DNA from: Hyaloraphidium curvatum SAG 235-1
Taxonomy: Eukaryota > Fungi > Monoblepharomycota
NCBI GenBank assembly: GCA_025558095.1
Contig: JAIVFI010000009.1
Location: forward strand, 496,001 to 560,000
Reading direction: 5' to 3'
Length of the DNA stretch: 64,000 nucleotides
Shown here: piece after piece, positions 62,748 to 64,000 of the stretch
How the letters are laid out: the number at the start of each line of letters is the position of its first letter
Numbering within the stretch: position 1 is the first letter of the stretch
Translations under genes and position numbers: made by a program
Notes under the pieces: generated by a model
The model's input: the letters and a program-made list of their open reading frames with translations, nothing else
The model's database searches: none
Told to the model about the DNA's origin: nothing

Positions 62748-64000
62748 ATGATCCCCACGAGCGCGTCGACGGCCCGCGAGGTCGCCGCGGTCTTCTTTTC
62801 GTTCTACTCGCACGAGGAACTCCGGAAGGTGTCTGTCAAGCAGATCACGAACCCGCAGATTTTCGACACTCTGGGCCACCCGATGCCCGGCGGCTTGTAC
62901 GATGGCGCGCTGGGCCCGTTCGAACGGTCGGACACTTGCGCGACGTGCGGGCTGTCGTACTTTTCGTGCCCGGGGCACTTTGGGCACATCGAGCTCGTCG
63001 CGCCGTGCTTCAATCCGACGACTTTTGCCACGATGTACAGGCTGCTCAAGTCCAAGTGCCTGTACTGCCATCACTTCCGGACTTCGCGCGTCCTGGTGGG
63101 TTCAAGCCGTGACGCTCCGTTACCGAGTGACCGCTGACACCGGGCAGATCCATCACTTTGCCGCCAAGTACCGCCTCCTCCAAGCGGGACTATACCTGGA
63201 AGCCATTGAGCTGGATGATTTCATGGACAAAAAGACCCTGGCTCCGGGTGCCAAGGGTCTCGGCGGCGAGAAGGATCAGAAGCGCGGCAAGAACCGCGAC
63301 GAGGAAGAGGGCGGCGAGGAGGACGTTGCGGAAGCCGGCCCGCCACGGACGGCCGAGGAGATCATCCAGGCCATCGAAGGCTACGTCGAGGAGTGCCTCA
63401 CTCGTTCTGCGTCTGGCTTCAAGGGCAAGACGACGGCGTCCGCGGGGATGCTCCGGGCGCTGGAGAGGGACTTCTACCGGGCGGTCCCCCAGAACTGCCA
63501 GAACTGCCGCGCTTCCAACCCCGGATTCCGGAAGGAGGGTTACCTGAAGGTGTTCGAGAAGAAGGAGAGCGACAAGATGCGGAGGAAGAACGAGGGCAAA
63601 GGGCTCACCCGGACCAGCATCCTCGACTTTGTCAATGCTGCGACCAAGGAGCAGCAGGCCGCGAAAGCTGTCCTTGCTACGGAAGGGGCTGGCACTTCGG
63701 AAGCTTCGCCTTCGGCTCTGGTGGACGACGAAGCGGAGGAAAGCTCCGAAGCCGAGGAGGATGACGAGATGATGGACCAGGATTCGGAGGACGAGGACAT
63801 GGAGAGCACCAGCGAGGCGCCCGCGCGGGCAACGGTCTCGAAAGTGGGACGGCGGGCAGAGGCAGAAGCCGCAGAATCTGGCGCTCTCGTGGATGCGGCG
63901 CAGACGGCCCGCAAACCGACCGGAGACCGCTACCTGACGCCGCTCGAGATCAAGGCGCACATGGAGCTGCTTTGGTCCAAGGAGACCATGATCCTGGACC
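62748..64000 (+). CDS. RPA190: RNA polymerase I largest subunit, 5' part (runs off the window)
   Basis: SVKQITNP..FD.LGHP..GGLYD.ALGP, CATC, CPGHFGHIEL, CLYCHHF, then acidic insertion and YLTP.E. Confidence 0.95.

Noticed and set aside
13000-64000. Many long Arg/Pro/Ala-rich overlapping ORFs (e.g. 16561..18258, 40207..41874, 51370..53148, 54260..56047)
   Set aside because: Shadow frames of GC-rich coding sequence on the opposite strand or in another frame.

Overview
GC-rich, gene-dense eukaryotic DNA with short spliceosomal introns (about 50-70 nt; GTRNGY donor, CTRAY branch, YAG acceptor). The gene set suggests an early-diverging fungus (inference). Most of the window is housekeeping genes: Boi-like SH3-SAM-PH, MZT1, JTB-like, GYP1, TOM6-like, histone H1, RNF181-like, UBC9, EXO5, RPA34, NAM8/NGR1, LysM, STYX-like phosphatase, CWC25, VPH1, bZIP, SEC15, ALDH, NT5C-like and RPA190, plus three F-box/LRR-like loci that all appear damaged. 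Two accessory blocks stand out. (1) 1-13046 is a near-identical 7614-bp head-to-tail tandem duplication carrying an orphan gene of about 1000 aa with a GIY-YIG-like motif; its breakpoint falls inside a periplasmic-binding-fold (CBA1-like) gene. (2) About 42037-50376, between CWC25 and VPH1, holds an apparently intact multi-intron DUF6729-type DDE transposase and, on the same strand, a prokaryote/virus-type serine recombinase (resolvase domain plus recombinase-like domain) split by a GC-AG spliceosomal intron. This pairing is the best candidate for an undescribed eukaryotic mobile-element system. An in-frame ALDH-I9 protease-inhibitor fusion is also notable. All gene models and family calls were made by eye from motifs; no database search was run.
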